Positions 36,543 to 48,388 of a DNA stretch of 64,000 nt are shown here, one piece after another. The stretch's first letter is position 1. Each line of letters starts with the position of its first letter. The stretch is from positions 106,837 through 170,836 of the forward strand of contig CALHGX010000009.1 of NCBI GenBank assembly GCA_938031185.1, read 5' to 3'. The notes below the pieces were generated by a model. The model was given only the letters and a program-made list of their open reading frames with translations, had not been told where the DNA came from and searched no databases. The stretch comes from an uncultured bacterium. GTDB lineage: Bacteria > Verrucomicrobiota > Kiritimatiellia > CAIKKV01 > CALHGX01. The translations under genes were made by a program, and so were the position numbers.

Positions 36543-39500
36543 CACGCCCCGCAACACTTCTTGTACTTCTTGCCGCTGCCGCAAGGACACGGTTCATTGC
36601 GGCCCACCTTGGGCACGTCCCTTCGCACCGGCGAGGCGGCTGCCGCCAGAGCTTCCTCCATCACCGCATCGGCGTCGGCAACCGGCTTGCGTTCTCCCGA
36701 GGCGGCGGCGCCAAAAGCCGTCACTTCCGCATGCACTGCCGTTCGGGGCAACTGGCGCATCATGCGTTGAAAAGCCAGCAGCGAGGTCGAGGCGCGGAAG
36801 ACCTTCGAGGCCACATCCTCGCGGATGTCCTCCATCAGCGTGGCGAACATCTCAAAGGCCTCGCGCTTGTATTCCACCAGCGGATCGCGCTGCCCATAAG
36901 CCCGCAGACCCACGCCTTGCCGCAGAGCGTCCATGCTGCGCAAATAGTCCTGCCAGTACGTATCAATGGCTTGCAGCAAGAGCTGCCGCTCCATCGCGGC
37001 TACCGCCGCGGGATCCTCTCGCCGCATGCGGTCCTCATAGGCCTGGCGCACCCGCTGCATCACCAAATCCACTATCGGCTCCGCGTCCTTTACTAGTGGG
37101 CCAATCTCTTCGCGCCGCAGCGGAATGGGGAAACACCCCTGCGCCCATGACACAAAGGCGGCCACGGCGTCTTCATGCCCCTTGCCCACCACCGTTTCGG
37201 CATGGGCGCGAATCACTTCCTCCAGCACGACGTAGAGTTCTTCGCGCGGGTTTTCCGCCCGCACGATCCGGCCGCGAAAACCGTAGATTACCTCCCGCTG
37301 CCGGTTCATGACGTCGTCGTACTGCAGCGTGCGCTTGCGAATGGAAAAATTCTGCTGCTCCACCCGGCGCTGCGCCGTTTCAATCGAGCGGTTGAGCCAG
37401 CGGTGCTCCAGCACCTCGCCTTCTTCCAGCCCCAGCCGTTCCATGATGCCCGCGATGCGATCCGAACCGAAAAGCCGCATCAGGTCGTCTTCGAGCGAGA
37501 CGTAGAACCGCGAGGAGCCCGGATCGCCCTGCCGGGCGCAGCGCCCGCGCAACTGGCGGTCAATGCGTCGCGCCTCGTGGCGCTCCGAACCGATGACGTG
37601 CAACCCGCAGGGGCGCTCCAGCAACTGTTCCCGAAGCGTTTTCCCATTCAGCCGATCTTCCAGCCGCAGGCCGGACTCGATCACAGCGCGATCGAGCCAG
37701 ACAACGCCGGGCCCGAGTTTGATGTCCGTTCCGCGGCCTGCCATGTTGGTGGCGATGGTAACGGCGCCGGCCTGCCCCGCGCGCGCCACAATGTCCGCCT
37801 CCTTCTCGTGGTTCTTGGCGTTGAGCACGTTGTGGGGGATGCGGGCGCGCGACAGCATCCTGCTCAGCAGTTCGGAGGTCTCCACGGACACCGTGCCGAC
37901 CAGCACGGGCTGCCCCCGCGCATGACATTCCGTGATTTCCTCAATGAGTGCCTTGTATTTCTCGCGCTGCGTCTTGAATACCAGGTCGTTCGCGTCCACC
38001 CGCCGGACCGGGCGGTTCGTCGGAATCACCACCACATCCAGCTTGTAGATCTGGTGAAACTCGTCCGCCTCGGTTTCCGCCGTGCCGGTCATGCCGGCCA
38101 GCTTCTTGTACATGCGGAAGTAGTTCTGAATCGTAATGGTGGCCAGCGTCTGCGTTTCGCGCTCGATCTTGACCCCTTCCTTGGCCTCCACGGCTTGATG
38201 CAGCCCGTCGCTCCATCGCCGTCCGGGCAGGATTCGACCCGTGAATTCGTCCACGATAAGGACCTGGTTATTCTGGACCACGTACTCGACGTCGCGCTCA
38301 TAGAGGCAATAAGCCCGAATGAGCTGATCTACATTATGGATGCGTTCGCTGCGCGTCCGGAACACCTCCTGGATGTGTTCCCGCCGCTGGCGCCGCTCTT
38401 CCTCCGGAAAGTCTTGCCCGTCCAGTTCGGCCATGGCGCCCACTAGGTCCGGCAGCACATAAGCCTCCGGATCGTTCGGGCTCATCTCCGCGCACCCCTT
38501 CTCCGTCAGGCTCGCCTCATGGCCCTTCTCGTCAATGTTGAAATACAGCTCCTCCCGCAGGGCGCGCGCATGATCCCGGTGCATTTCCGTCAACATCATG
38601 TTTTCGGTGCGTTCAAGAATCTTGCGCACCTTCGGGTCTTCGAGCAGGTGCATAAGCTGGCGGTTCTTCGGCATGCCGTGGCGCACCTGGTACAGCTTGA
38701 AGCCGGCCTCTTCCTCCTCGCCTTTGCCCAGCAGCTCGCGCGCCTCCGAGATGATCCGGTTGCAAGTCTCCGCCTGCCGGCGCACCAACCGCTCCACGCG
38801 CGGCTTCAGTTCCTGGTATTGATGCGTGGACACCGGAGCGGGCCCGGAAATAATCAGCGGGGTGCGCGCCTCGTCAATCAGAATGCTGTCAATCTCGTCA
38901 ATGATGGCGTAGTGGTGGCCGCGCTGCACCTGCTCTTCCGGGCGGTAGGCCATGCCATTGTCCCGCAGATAGTCGAAGCCGAACTCGCTGTTGGTGCCGT
39001 AGGTGATGTCCATGCCGTACTGTTCACGTCGCTCTTCCGGCCCCATCTGATTCTGTATGCACCCTACCGTGAGTCCCAGGAATCGGTACACTTGTCCCAT
39101 CCACTGCGCATCGCGCCGAGCTAGATAATCATTCACTGTCACGAGATGGACGTTCTGGCCCGTGAGCGCATTGAGGTACAGCGGCATGGTGGCCACCAGG
39201 GTCTTGCCCTCGCCCGTCGCCATTTCGGCGATCTTGCCCTCGTGAAGCGCAATGCCGCCCATGAGCTGCACATCGAACGGCACCATGTCCCACACCAGCT
39301 CATGGCCGCAAACCACGAACCGCGTTCCGGCCAGCCGCCGACAGGCGTTCTTCACGGCGGCAAACGCCTCGCAGAGCAAATCGTCCAGCGTTTCGCCGTG
39401 CGCCAGCCGATCCTTGAATTCCGCGGTCTTGTTGCGCAACGCCTCCTCCGACAGCGTCTGATACTTCGCTTCCAGCTCGTTGATCCGCGCCACAAGCGGA

Positions 39501-39562
39501 CGCATCCGCCGGATGTCGCGCTGGTTCTTCGTGCCGATGATCTTCTGCAACAACCACTGCAT
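36542..39562 (-). CDS. secA: Preprotein translocase ATPase SecA
   Basis: [57 protein letters not shown]-terminal [22 protein letters not shown]. Confidence 0.98.
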   Translation of the reverse strand: MQWLLQKIIGTKNQRDIRRMRPLVARINELEAKYQTLSEEALRNKTAEFKDRLAHGETLDDLLCEAFAAVKNACRRLAGTRFVVCGHELVWDMVPFDVQLMGGIALHEGKIAEMATGEGKTLVATMPLYLNALTGQNVHLVTVNDYLARRDAQWMGQVYRFLGLTVGCIQNQMGPEERREQYGMDITYGTNSEFGFDYLRDNGMAYRPEEQVQRGHHYAIIDEIDSILIDEARTPLIISGPAPVSTHQYQELKPRVERLVRRQAETCNRIISEARELLGKGEEEEAGFKLYQVRHGMPKNRQLMHLLEDPKVRKILERTENMMLTEMHRDHARALREELYFNIDEKGHEASLTEKGCAEMSPNDPEAYVLPDLVGAMAELDGQDFPEEERRQRREHIQEVFRTRSERIHNVDQLIRAYCLYERDVEYVVQNNQVLIVDEFTGRILPGRRWSDGLHQAVEAKEGVKIERETQTLATITIQNYFRMYKKLAGMTGTAETEADEFHQIYKLDVVVIPTNRPVRRVDANDLVFKTQREKYKALIEEITECHARGQPVLVGTVSVETSELLSRMLSRARIPHNVLNAKNHEKEADIVARAGQAGAVTIATNMAGRGTDIKLGPGVVWLDRAVIESGLRLEDRLNGKTLREQLLERPCGLHVIGSERHEARRIDRQLRGRCARQGDPGSSRFYVSLEDDLMRLFGSDRIAGIMERLGLEEGEVLEHRWLNRSIETAQRRVEQQNFSIRKRTLQYDDVMNRQREVIYGFRGRIVRAENPREELYVVLEEVIRAHAETVVGKGHEDAVAAFVSWAQGCFPIPLRREEIGPLVKDAEPIVDLVMQRVRQAYEDRMRREDPAAVAAMERQLLLQAIDTYWQDYLRSMDALRQGVGLRAYGQRDPLVEYKREAFEMFATLMEDIREDVASKVFRASTSLLAFQRMMRQLPRTAVHAEVTAFGAAASGERKPVADADAVMEEALAAAASPVRRDVPKVGRNEPCPCGSGKKYKKCCGA

Positions 39563-39578
39563 GCGTCTTCCCGCCCTT

Positions 39579-40829
39579 CTAGAGGTTGTCCGCCACTGCC
39601 TGCCCGAACTCGCTGCACCGCAGCAGTCGGGCTCCGTCCATCAAGCGCTCAAAATCGTATGTCACGGTCTTGGCGGCGATGGTCTTCTCCATGCCGGCGA
39701 TGATCCGATCGGCGGCTTCGGTCCACCCCATGTACCGGAACATCATTTCCCCCGAAAGGATAAGCGATCCGGGATTGACCTTGTCCTGCCCCGCGTACTT
39801 GGGTGCCGTGCCGTGCGTCGCCTCGAACACGGCCACCCCGGTGTCGTAGTTGATGTTCGCGCCAGGCGCGATGCCGATGCCACCCACGCATGCCGCCAGC
39901 GCATCGCTCAAGTAGTCGCCGTTCAGGTTCATGGTCGCCACGACCGAGTACTCCTGCGGCCGGGTGAGAATCTGCTGGAAAAAGGCGTCGGCAATGACAT
40001 CCTTCACCAACACCTTGCCCGACGGCGCCTTCCAGTCGCAATCCTCCGCCACCGCGGCCACATCGTACAACTCACGGCGCACCAGGTCGTAGCCCCATTG
40101 CTTGAACGCCCCTTCGGTGAATTTCATGATGTTGCCCTTGTGCACAAGGGTCACGCTGGGGCGGCCGTTGGCTGCGGCATATCGCACCGCCGCGCGAATC
40201 AACCGCTCCGACCCCTCGCGCGAGATGGGTTTTACGCCAATGCCGGACGTTCCGGGAAATCGTATTTTCCGCACCCCCATTTCTTTCTCCAGAAACGCGA
40301 TGACCCGCCGGGCTTCGTCCGTTTCGGCCGCCCATTCAATCCCGGCATAGATATCCTCGGTGTTCTCCCGAAACACCACCATGTCTGTCAGTTCCGGGCG
40401 TTTGACCGGCGAGGGTACACCGGGAAACCATCGCACGGGACGCTGGCAAACATACAGGTCAAGTTCCTGCCGCAGCGCCACGTTGATGGAGCGGATGCCG
40501 CCGCCCACAGGCGTCGTCAGCGGCCCCTTGATCGCTACCAGATGATCCCGGATCGCCTCGACGGTTTCCTCGGGCAGCCAGACATCGCGCCCCCACACCG
40601 TATTGGCCTTCTCGCCGGCATACACTTCCATCCACACCACCCGCCGCCGCCCACCATAGGCCTTCATCACGGCCGCGTTCCACACCGTCATCGCCGCCCG
40701 CGTGATGTCCGGCCCGATCCCGTCGCCTTCGATGTAGGGAATGATCGGGCGATCCGGCACCACCAACCGCCCATCCGTCATGGTGATTCGCTCGCCGTCC
40801 AGCGGCGTCTGACTTCGCTTGCCTGTCAT
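39579..40829 (-). CDS. icd: Isocitrate dehydrogenase (homodimeric, E. coli Icd type)
   Basis: [67 protein letters not shown] at 40829. Confidence 0.96.
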   Translation of the reverse strand: MTGKRSQTPLDGERITMTDGRLVVPDRPIIPYIEGDGIGPDITRAAMTVWNAAVMKAYGGRRRVVWMEVYAGEKANTVWGRDVWLPEETVEAIRDHLVAIKGPLTTPVGGGIRSINVALRQELDLYVCQRPVRWFPGVPSPVKRPELTDMVVFRENTEDIYAGIEWAAETDEARRVIAFLEKEMGVRKIRFPGTSGIGVKPISREGSERLIRAAVRYAAANGRPSVTLVHKGNIMKFTEGAFKQWGYDLVRRELYDVAAVAEDCDWKAPSGKVLVKDVIADAFFQQILTRPQEYSVVATMNLNGDYLSDALAACVGGIGIAPGANINYDTGVAVFEATHGTAPKYAGQDKVNPGSLILSGEMMFRYMGWTEAADRIIAGMEKTIAAKTVTYDFERLMDGARLLRCSEFGQAVADNL

Positions 40830-42787
40830 GTGTTGTTCGCTCCCTTTTCCCGACCGCCCGCCTTCGTGTAGTTTAACAAACCGCCTGCGAGCACAATGGC
40901 CCGTTGCCGTTCGGTCAAATCCATGCGCAAGCCGATCTCGTCGTCCCCGCATCGCAGCGTCACTCGCGCGGCGCCCGACGCCATCGCCGCCCGCAAGCCT
41001 GGCACACGGCATGGCTGCCCCTGCTGCAACCGGTTGTAGTCGCTCGCGGTTTCGAATGTCAGCGGCACAATCCCCGCATTGATGAGATTGGCGGCGTGAA
41101 TCCGCTCGATGCTCTTGGCCACCACGGCCTTGACGCCTAGGAACATAGGACAAAGCGCAGCATGTTCACGGCTCGATCCCTGTCCGTAAGATTCGCCCGC
41201 CACAATAATGTTGTGCATGCCCGCATCGCGCGCGGCAGCGGCTCGCCGGGCAAAATCCGGATCCACACGCTCAAAAACGTAGGCGGAATAGGCGGGAATG
41301 TTCGAACGATAAATCAGTCGCTTCCCCGCCGGCATGATGTGGTCGGTCGTAATCTTGTCGCCCACTTTGATCGCGATCACGCCGTTCAACTCCTCCGGCA
41401 ACGGCTCGTTGCGCGGAGGCGCGCCAATGTTCGGTCCCCGTATGACTCGTACGCCCGCCGCATCCGCCGGAGGGTAAACCAGCATCGCGTCGTCCACATC
41501 GTACTGCTTCGGCGTCTTCACCCGCGGATGCTTCAAATCGGTTCTGATCAGCGGATCCACGACGCGGCCTTCCACAGCGGCCAGCGCGGCGATTTCCGGG
41601 CTCACCAGATAGACCCGTGCCGACTGGGTGCCCGATCGCCCCTCGAAATTCCGATTCGACGTCCGCAGGGACACCGCATCGGTCGCGGGGGCTAGCGAAT
41701 TGCCGATACAGAAACCGCAGGCGGTCTCGAGCAATCGCGCGCCGGCGGCAAGCCACACCGTAAGGCTGCCGTCTTCCGCCAGCATCTTCATAACCTGCCG
41801 CGACCCGGGTGCGATCCCGAGGCTCACGCTCGGAGGCACATGGCGTCCCTCCAGTATCTTGGTCACAGCTTTCAGGTCCTGATACGAGGAATTGGTGCAT
41901 GACCCGATCAGCACCTGATCCACCTTCATCCCCGCCAGCGAGGCCACCGTCACCACCTGATCCGGCGAATGAGGCGCCGCGGCCAGCGGCTCGATTTCGT
42001 CGAGCTCGATCTCCACTTCCCGATCATAAGATGCATCCGCATCCGCGCGCATCTCTCGCCACTGGGCGCCCCGCCCCTGCGCTTCCATGAACTGCCGCGT
42101 CACCTCGTCGCTGGGAAAAACCGAGGTCGTTACCCCGCATTCGGCGCCCATGTTCGTAATCGTAGCCCGCTCGGGCACTGTCAAGGTCTTGACGCCCGGC
42201 CCGTCGTACTCCAGAACCCATCCCACATTCCCTTTGGTTTTGAACAAACGCAGGACGTGCAAAATGACGTCCTTTGCCGTCGCCCAAGGGCGCAGGCGTC
42301 CTTTGAGAACCACCCGACACACCCGCGGCGCGATCAGGTGGAAGGGGCCTCCGCCCATAGCCACGGCCACATCCAAGCCGCCGGCCCCGATCGCCAGCAT
42401 GCCGATCCCGCCGCCGGTCGGTGTGTGCGAGTCTGAACCGAGCAATGTCTTTCCCGGCACGCCAAATCGCTCCAGATGCACCTGGTGGCATATGCCGTTG
42501 CCCGGACGCGAGAAGATAATCCCGTATTTCGCGGCCACGGTTTGCAGGTACAGGTGATCGTCGGCATTCTCGAATCCCGCCTGTATCGTGTTGTGATCCA
42601 CATAGCTCACCGCCAACTCGTTGCGAACCCGATCCAGCCCCATGGCCTCAAATTGCAGGTACGCCATGGTACCCGTGGCGTCCTGCGTGAGCGTTTGATC
42701 AATACGGATTGCCACCTCCTGCCCGGGCTCCAGCGAGCCGGACACGAGATGTTCAGATAGTATCTTTCCCGTGATATGCCTGCCCAT
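40826..42787 (-). CDS. Aconitate hydratase (compact ~650-aa, Aquifex/archaeal-like type)
   Basis: [58 protein letters not shown]; stop overlaps icd start. Confidence 0.93.
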   Translation of the reverse strand: MGRHITGKILSEHLVSGSLEPGQEVAIRIDQTLTQDATGTMAYLQFEAMGLDRVRNELAVSYVDHNTIQAGFENADDHLYLQTVAAKYGIIFSRPGNGICHQVHLERFGVPGKTLLGSDSHTPTGGGIGMLAIGAGGLDVAVAMGGGPFHLIAPRVCRVVLKGRLRPWATAKDVILHVLRLFKTKGNVGWVLEYDGPGVKTLTVPERATITNMGAECGVTTSVFPSDEVTRQFMEAQGRGAQWREMRADADASYDREVEIELDEIEPLAAAPHSPDQVVTVASLAGMKVDQVLIGSCTNSSYQDLKAVTKILEGRHVPPSVSLGIAPGSRQVMKMLAEDGSLTVWLAAGARLLETACGFCIGNSLAPATDAVSLRTSNRNFEGRSGTQSARVYLVSPEIAALAAVEGRVVDPLIRTDLKHPRVKTPKQYDVDDAMLVYPPADAAGVRVIRGPNIGAPPRNEPLPEELNGVIAIKVGDKITTDHIMPAGKRLIYRSNIPAYSAYVFERVDPDFARRAAAARDAGMHNIIVAGESYGQGSSREHAALCPMFLGVKAVVAKSIERIHAANLINAGIVPLTFETASDYNRLQQGQPCRVPGLRAAMASGAARVTLRCGDDEIGLRMDLTERQRAIVLAGGLLNYTKAGGREKGANNT

Positions 42788-43033
42788 GGACTGACTCCCT
42801 CACATCGCCAACAAATCGGCGTCGAAGTAAACCACATTTCACCTTATTGGAAAAGGAAATCGCTCTTTCCGCCGCGATATCCCGCCACCCGAAATCTCTC
42901 TCCAATGCAGGCTCTTGTTGCTCAACCACGCGTCAACGCGCACAACCGCATCGTGGTCCTGACTGCTTTATTGCCGGTTCTTGACATCCAGGCATACGCC
43001 TTCGGCAGTAAAATGGGTGCAGGAGGAAAGAAC

Positions 43034-43288
43034 ATGAACCGCTGTTCTCGATCGCCCGAGTTTATCGCCCGCGAACGCGAGGCGCTGGTGGCGGTCCTGG
43101 GAATGGCCCGGCGCCGCCTTGGAAGCCGAAAAGGTCGGCCTGTCAGCCATCGGGAGGCGGAGGACTACTTCATCCGCCATTGCGCCGACCGCTATACGCG
43201 GGTTTTTCGAGCCTGGTACTGCCGGCAACACTGTCCGGCCCGCGAGGCCTGTCAGGCCGCCAAACAACAGGACGCCCGCGCTGGTTGA
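43034..43288 (+). CDS. Hypothetical small Cys-containing protein (84 aa)
   Basis: Strong AGGAGG SD 7 nt before ATG 43034; ends YCRQHCPAREAC; fills an otherwise empty gap. Confidence 0.6.
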   Translation: MNRCSRSPEFIAREREALVAVLGMARRRLGSRKGRPVSHREAEDYFIRHCADRYTRVFRAWYCRQHCPAREACQAAKQQDARAG

Positions 43289-43312
43289 TGCAGGGCCCTG
43301 TGAAAGGGGGGT

Positions 43313-44998
43313 CTACGGCGGCGCAAGCCGAAAGACCGCCGAGGGGCGCCGGCTGTTAGTCCATACGAAAAGGTATGGCTCATCCAAGTCCGCCTGCCAC
43401 ATGCGCCCCGGCCTTTGCGTCGCCACCCCCTCCACCAGCTCCGCCTCTTCCGGAATACGCCCCCTCCACGGCCGCGCGCAACAGAAAGGCTCTCGCGGAC
43501 TCAGTCCCTGCCGAAGCCACTCGTATCGCACCCGCGAAACAAGCGGACTGCCAAGTTCGTTCAAGACCCGATCCAGCATTCTGAACCGCTCCTCCAGTCC
43601 GGGGCAGTCGGTCAACGCGCCCCGAGAAACCAGCCTCCCACATAACGCCGGCCAGAAACCGTCCAATTCCCTGCTGGCCCGGCTCGTGATCTCCCGCAAA
43701 GCCGGAACGTTGTAGAACCTGTCCACCGCCCGCGAGAGCGCCGCAGCCATTCTCATCTCCTCGAAACTCATGGTGGGCGTCTTCAGCACGGCATAAGGCG
43801 GATCTGGCTGAGCCACAAGCCCCAACGCCGTCGCCTGCCGCGCCAGTGGCGTTCCAGGCAGCAGCTTGACCACTTCCAGTTGTATTTCCGCCGGGCCGAG
43901 CGCCGCGAGGGTTCGCAAGTCCTCATATAACCCCTCCAGCGTGCCCTCCGGCAAACCGGCCATCAGGTCCACATGTAGTTCGACATTTCGTAGTTTCGCC
44001 AAAGCCCGCAACCCCTCCAGCGTCCGCATAGGATCACTTCTGCGGCCCACAGCCCGATACACGGCAGGCGAGAGGCTCTGGACGCCCACCTCAAGATGAA
44101 GAGCGTCTGGCCTGCTTCTCGCCAGTTGCTCCAAAACCGCCGGCGTGAGCCGCGCAGGATCTATCTCCAGATGAAACCGCATATCGGCGTACTCAGTCTC
44201 GAAAAGGCGCAGCCGTTCCACACACCGGCGGGGCGACTCATTGAACGTGCGATCCACAATGCGAACCCCATGAACTCCCAGCCGCCGGATGCCGTCAAGA
44301 TCCTGCCGAACGCGCGTCAGAGGAAACCAGCGGGTGCCGCCGGAAAGGCTGCTGGTACAGAAAGCGCACCGATTACCGCAACCGCGCGACGTCTCCAACT
44401 GCGCGAACGGCTTGCGCCAGCCGGGGCGGTCCGCCGCATAGGGCGAAGGCAGTTGCTCCGGCGGCAACCGCTCGGCCATGCCGCCATCGTGATATCGTTC
44501 GTCCAGCAGAAAGCATGCGCCCGCGATGTCCCGCCACGACTCTTCGTTCCGCCCGGCACGAAGGAGCGCCGGCAGCGCCGCTTCGCCCTCGCCCCGAACC
44601 ACCACGTCCACGCCTTGACCGCGACCAACCAACTCGCGGTTGTCTCCGAGACATTCCAGGCCGCCAATAATCACCCATCCGGTTGGATTCAGAGCTTTCC
44701 ATGCGCGCAGCACTGTCCGCACCAGTTCGCGATTGAAAAGATAAAGCGATGCCAGCAATACGTCCGGCGCCGCTGCCGTGACGCGCTCAAGAACGGCCAC
44801 CGGATCCTCGCGCGAGAGCGCCTCGATGGTCACCCAACTTCGTGCCAAGGGCCCTACGGCGGCCTGCAAACACCAATCTGCCAGGTTGGTGTGCGCGTAA
44901 GAGGCGTTTATCGCCAAGAAGGCTATCCGCCATCTCTTGCCATCAGTCGCCCTATCAATGCCCAAGGATTCCAACACCTTGACAGACTCCCTCTCCAC
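43313..44998 (-). CDS. Cobalamin-binding radical SAM protein (DUF4080-type)
   Basis: AINASYAHTNLA, SLYLFN, GEGE, ETSRGCGNRCAFC, VDRTFN, FHLEI, LHVDLMAGLP, KLLPGT. Confidence 0.88.
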   Translation of the reverse strand: MERESVKVLESLGIDRATDGKRWRIAFLAINASYAHTNLADWCLQAAVGPLARSWVTIEALSREDPVAVLERVTAAAPDVLLASLYLFNRELVRTVLRAWKALNPTGWVIIGGLECLGDNRELVGRGQGVDVVVRGEGEAALPALLRAGRNEESWRDIAGACFLLDERYHDGGMAERLPPEQLPSPYAADRPGWRKPFAQLETSRGCGNRCAFCTSSLSGGTRWFPLTRVRQDLDGIRRLGVHGVRIVDRTFNESPRRCVERLRLFETEYADMRFHLEIDPARLTPAVLEQLARSRPDALHLEVGVQSLSPAVYRAVGRRSDPMRTLEGLRALAKLRNVELHVDLMAGLPEGTLEGLYEDLRTLAALGPAEIQLEVVKLLPGTPLARQATALGLVAQPDPPYAVLKTPTMSFEEMRMAAALSRAVDRFYNVPALREITSRASRELDGFWPALCGRLVSRGALTDCPGLEERFRMLDRVLNELGSPLVSRVRYEWLRQGLSPREPFCCARPWRGRIPEEAELVEGVATQRPGRMWQADLDEPYLFVWTNSRRPSAVFRLAPP

Positions 44999-45096
44999 AT
45001 TCAGTATGCCACATTAAAAACACCGCCGCCATCAAGCTCGGGCCTGACGTGGCGACAAGACGCGCTGATGTGTCCGCTCGTTCAAGGAGAGACCGT

Positions 45097-45477
45097 GTGA
45101 CCGCAATTCAACCCGTGCAGACGTCCCACGCACCCGCCGCCATGGGCCCTTATTCCCAAGCCGTGAAGGTCGGCGGCTTCCTCTTCTGCTCCGGGCAGCT
45201 TGGGATTGTTCCCGCCACCGGCCAACTGGCCGAAGGTGTAGAAGCCCAAACCCGTCAGGCTTTGGAAAATCTCTCGCGGGTGCTGAAAGCAGCTGGAACC
45301 GATATGTCCCGCGTGGTCAAGACCACAATCTTTTTACTCAATCTGGCAGATTTCCAACTCGTGAATCAGATATACGGCGCCTTCTTCGTGCAGCCCTTCC
45401 CGGCCCGCAGCACCGTGCAAGTGTCGGCACTGCCCAAGAATGCGCTGGTGGAGATCGAAGCTATCGCCATTCCATGA
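45097..45477 (+). CDS. ridA: RidA family reactive intermediate/imine deaminase
   Basis: APAAMGPYSQA, SGQLG, VVKTTIFL, FPARSTVQV..LP..ALVEIE; GTG start with AAGGAG SD. Confidence 0.93.
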   Translation: MTAIQPVQTSHAPAAMGPYSQAVKVGGFLFCSGQLGIVPATGQLAEGVEAQTRQALENLSRVLKAAGTDMSRVVKTTIFLLNLADFQLVNQIYGAFFVQPFPARSTVQVSALPKNALVEIEAIAIP

Positions 45478-45484
45478 CGGCATA

Positions 45485-45880
45485 TCATCGCGTGGCCAGA
45501 GGCTGAATTACGCCACGGGATTCGAGCCAAGCGCGCCATTCCGCACAAACAGGCGCCGCGGCGTGGTTTTCCGCAAAAACCCGCCGCATGGTCTCGAAAT
45601 GCCATGCACACAGTGCCAATCCGTCATCCCGGTCATATAACGCCGTCCAAGCCGCCTGATCCTGGAGCCATCGCACTCCGCAAACTGGAACCGACCTCAG
45701 GCCTTGGCGCGAAAAACACCATAATGCCCCGCATGCCGAGCAGACGGCCAGAAGCACCTTGTTGCCCATCATGACGCGTTGAAATCCGGGCAGCTTGCCG
45801 TCGCAGAATAAAAGCCGTCGCACAGGCGTTCCGCACACGGAACAACCAGTGTTCTCCACACCTGTGCCCTCCCCAGTCAT
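45485..45880 (-). CDS. Hypothetical protein with two CxxC motifs
   Basis: CSVC and CSAC; ORF fills the gap between ridA and the SGNH gene; start uncertain. Confidence 0.5.
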   Translation of the reverse strand: MTGEGTGVENTGCSVCGTPVRRLLFCDGKLPGFQRVMMGNKVLLAVCSACGALWCFSRQGLRSVPVCGVRWLQDQAAWTALYDRDDGLALCAWHFETMRRVFAENHAAAPVCAEWRAWLESRGVIQPLATR

Positions 45881-45981
45881 GCCTTCTGATTATGAGAACG
45901 TTCGCAGGAAGAACAAGAGCAAACCGGCCGTGACACGCCTTCGACCTGCCCGCTCAAGCGTCTTCGGAACCCCGCACCGCT

Positions 45982-47295
45982 TCAGAAGCGCAGCCGCAGC
46001 ACGCCGAACATCTCCAGCCGGTGAAAGTTTTCTGCTTCCGTCGGCGACCATGCGTACAGGTTTCGGCGCCGCTGGTTGTCGAAATCTATGCGAAACAGAT
46101 TCAAGCCAATGGGGCGTCCACTCAACAGCGCGCCGTCCTTGACCAGACTCTTCAAGGGCACTTCAAACTCCACTTCCCATGTGCCGCCAAAAAGAGATCG
46201 ACGCACCCGCGGCGATGTTGGCATGTCCCACGCCGTATCTGACCGGTATGCGCCTCCCTGATACCGCAGACGGTTGTCAAAAATCACACCCCTGGAGTTG
46301 ACCTCAAACTCGTAGTACAGATCATCGTCTAGAGAGGGCTGCAGGTACAACGCCACCACGTCGCCCTGATAAATGGCATCATCCCGAACCTGCCCCGAAG
46401 GCATGTCCCGACGATCCCACACACGGAACTTCACGACCAAATTAGTTTCCTGATTCACCGACAGTTCGGCCCAGGTCCGTTGAGGGGGATGTTGCGTGGC
46501 CGAATTAGGGATCAACTCGAGGCGCACCGGCGCTTCAGCCAGCCCCAGCTCGATTTCTGGCGGATCACGATCCGCCGGCCCAAGCGGAACCCGCGACAGC
46601 GCCGACGTGATCGCCTCGTGAAAAGTCTCGGCAATCACCGCCTGCCCCATCGCGTTCGGATGAACGCCGTCAGGGAACAGATGCGCCTTGTCCTTCAACG
46701 CAGCGTTGACATCCACCACGGGCAGGTCAAAGTCAGTGGCAATCTTCCGCATCATAGGTATGAGCTGGTCTTGCAGCACCTCGGGTTGCAGCCCCCAAGG
46801 GGCCTGAAACATCGGCGGGGGCAGGCCGATGAATATCCGCGGCGGAAGCCTCAGACGACCGAACTGACGGATAAGATCACGATAGTCATCAGCAAAGGCC
46901 GCCCCGTGGGCGATCCAATTCTGCTCCTTCGTATCATTGGTGCCGAGAAGGATGGTCACAAGATGCGGGCGGAAGGCCAAAGCGTTGGTGAAAAGGTCCA
47001 GCTTCCAATACGGATGATCTCCGCCCTTGAGCACTCCGGAATTGCTGCGACCGAAGTTCCGCACCTCATAGGACGATCCAAGCGCCTCTTGGAGCCGCGT
47101 CGGGTAGGCCGTCGGCTGCCGGCTGTGTTCGGTAATGCTGTCCCCCACACAGGCCACCCGAATCCGCGGTCTGTCGCCGGCAGGTTCCGCCGCCTTTGCA
47201 AGGCTGCTCATATACAGGACAAGCCCGACCACTCCGCGCCACACCACCATCGACGCCGGCGTTCGGAGGACACGTCTTTCAAGCCGCCTTCTCAC
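45982..47295 (-). CDS. Secreted SGNH/GDSL esterase fused to a CBM9-like sugar-binding domain
   Basis: Signal-like N-terminus (..SLAKA|AE); GDSIT, NFG, LGTND, DGVHPN; C-terminal YYEFEVN, WEVEFEVP, NLFRID, AWSPT...NFH. Confidence 0.85.
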   Translation of the reverse strand: MRRRLERRVLRTPASMVVWRGVVGLVLYMSSLAKAAEPAGDRPRIRVACVGDSITEHSRQPTAYPTRLQEALGSSYEVRNFGRSNSGVLKGGDHPYWKLDLFTNALAFRPHLVTILLGTNDTKEQNWIAHGAAFADDYRDLIRQFGRLRLPPRIFIGLPPPMFQAPWGLQPEVLQDQLIPMMRKIATDFDLPVVDVNAALKDKAHLFPDGVHPNAMGQAVIAETFHEAITSALSRVPLGPADRDPPEIELGLAEAPVRLELIPNSATQHPPQRTWAELSVNQETNLVVKFRVWDRRDMPSGQVRDDAIYQGDVVALYLQPSLDDDLYYEFEVNSRGVIFDNRLRYQGGAYRSDTAWDMPTSPRVRRSLFGGTWEVEFEVPLKSLVKDGALLSGRPIGLNLFRIDFDNQRRRNLYAWSPTEAENFHRLEMFGVLRLRF

Positions 47296-47299
47296 CGCC

Positions 47300-48352
47300 T
47301 TACGCTCCTCCGCGGCCCATCACCCGCTCACGCCACTGCAAGGCCGGCTTTTCAACCAAAATGTACATCATGCATCCGAACAGCACCGTCAACAGGAAAT
47401 AGTAAGTGTAGCCCCACCAGCCCCTCATCAACGGGTTTGTCGTAATGTACATCACATGGTTGTACAGATAAATGGAGTAGCTGGCGGCGCCGAGGATCGC
47501 CAATGGCTCAAACAGCGTGCGCCAGCCTTTGCTCCAGTTCCGATCCAACGCGATCACCATCAAACTCAGCAGGCCTCCGAGAACAATATCATACACTTTG
47601 TGGCTCCGGACATGCAGACGCGAGAAGAACGGCGACCATAGCGACAGGCCAACCACCACCGCCAGCCAGGCCATCACCACCCACCACCGTCGGAACCAGC
47701 CGCGCAGTGTGTCGCGATACCGGGCCAGCAGCATGCCCCAGATAACCAACGGCACATAGGACAGCACGCTGTAAGTCAGAATCTGTGGATGAGGCACATA
47801 TCGCCGCCCATACACGTTGACCCACCAGCTCAAAACGGCGGCCGCCAACAGCGTGAGCCACGGACGCTTTCGCGCTGCCAGGAACAGCAACGGCATTACC
47901 GCATAGAACTGCACCTGCGGCCCCATGAACCACAACACCCCCGACACGGTATAGAAAGTGGACGGATGCAGATTGTGGACAAACACCATGTGCGTCACGA
48001 CGTCCACGATACCGGCGCTGGTTCGAATCCCCCCGAGGTTCACCTTGGCCTCAAGGAAACACCATACCGCGATCGCCACATAGTAGGCCGGCAGGATGCG
48101 CCACAAACGGCTGGCGAGGTAGCGGCGATAGTCTACCCCTCCCGCGGCGGCCGCCTTAGCCAGCGAGAGCGCCATGCAGTACCCCGACAGCACAAAAAAC
48201 ACTTCCACCCCGACGTACCCAAGCCGAATCAATCGGTTGAACTCAAACCCGTGCCAGCCCCAGGAGGGCAGGCCGATGTACGTGGAGAGATGATACAGGG
48301 TCACCACCACGATGGCCCAGGCCCGCGTCAAATCAATGTGTAGCGATCGCAT
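47300..48352 (-). CDS. Acyltransferase_3 (OafA/YrhL-like) membrane O-acyltransferase
   Basis: IDLTRAWAIVVV.LYH, GVEVFFVLSGY, RLWRILPAY, LWFM..QVQFY, LGAASYSIYLYNH, LVEKP; ATG 48352 with AGGAGG SD. Confidence 0.9.
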   Translation of the reverse strand: MRSLHIDLTRAWAIVVVTLYHLSTYIGLPSWGWHGFEFNRLIRLGYVGVEVFFVLSGYCMALSLAKAAAAGGVDYRRYLASRLWRILPAYYVAIAVWCFLEAKVNLGGIRTSAGIVDVVTHMVFVHNLHPSTFYTVSGVLWFMGPQVQFYAVMPLLFLAARKRPWLTLLAAAVLSWWVNVYGRRYVPHPQILTYSVLSYVPLVIWGMLLARYRDTLRGWFRRWWVVMAWLAVVVGLSLWSPFFSRLHVRSHKVYDIVLGGLLSLMVIALDRNWSKGWRTLFEPLAILGAASYSIYLYNHVMYITTNPLMRGWWGYTYYFLLTVLFGCMMYILVEKPALQWRERVMGRGGA

Positions 48353-48388
48353 ATGCCCTCCTGACGGCGCTGTCGGTTCGGGGATCTC

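Noticed and set aside
42981..43014. TTGACA...TAAAAT as promoter of the 43034 ORF
   Set aside because: The spacer is 22 nt, too long for a sigma70 promoter
48015..48036. GGTTCGAATCC resembling a tRNA T-loop
   Set aside because: No T-stem pairing or cloverleaf, and it lies inside the acyltransferase CDS
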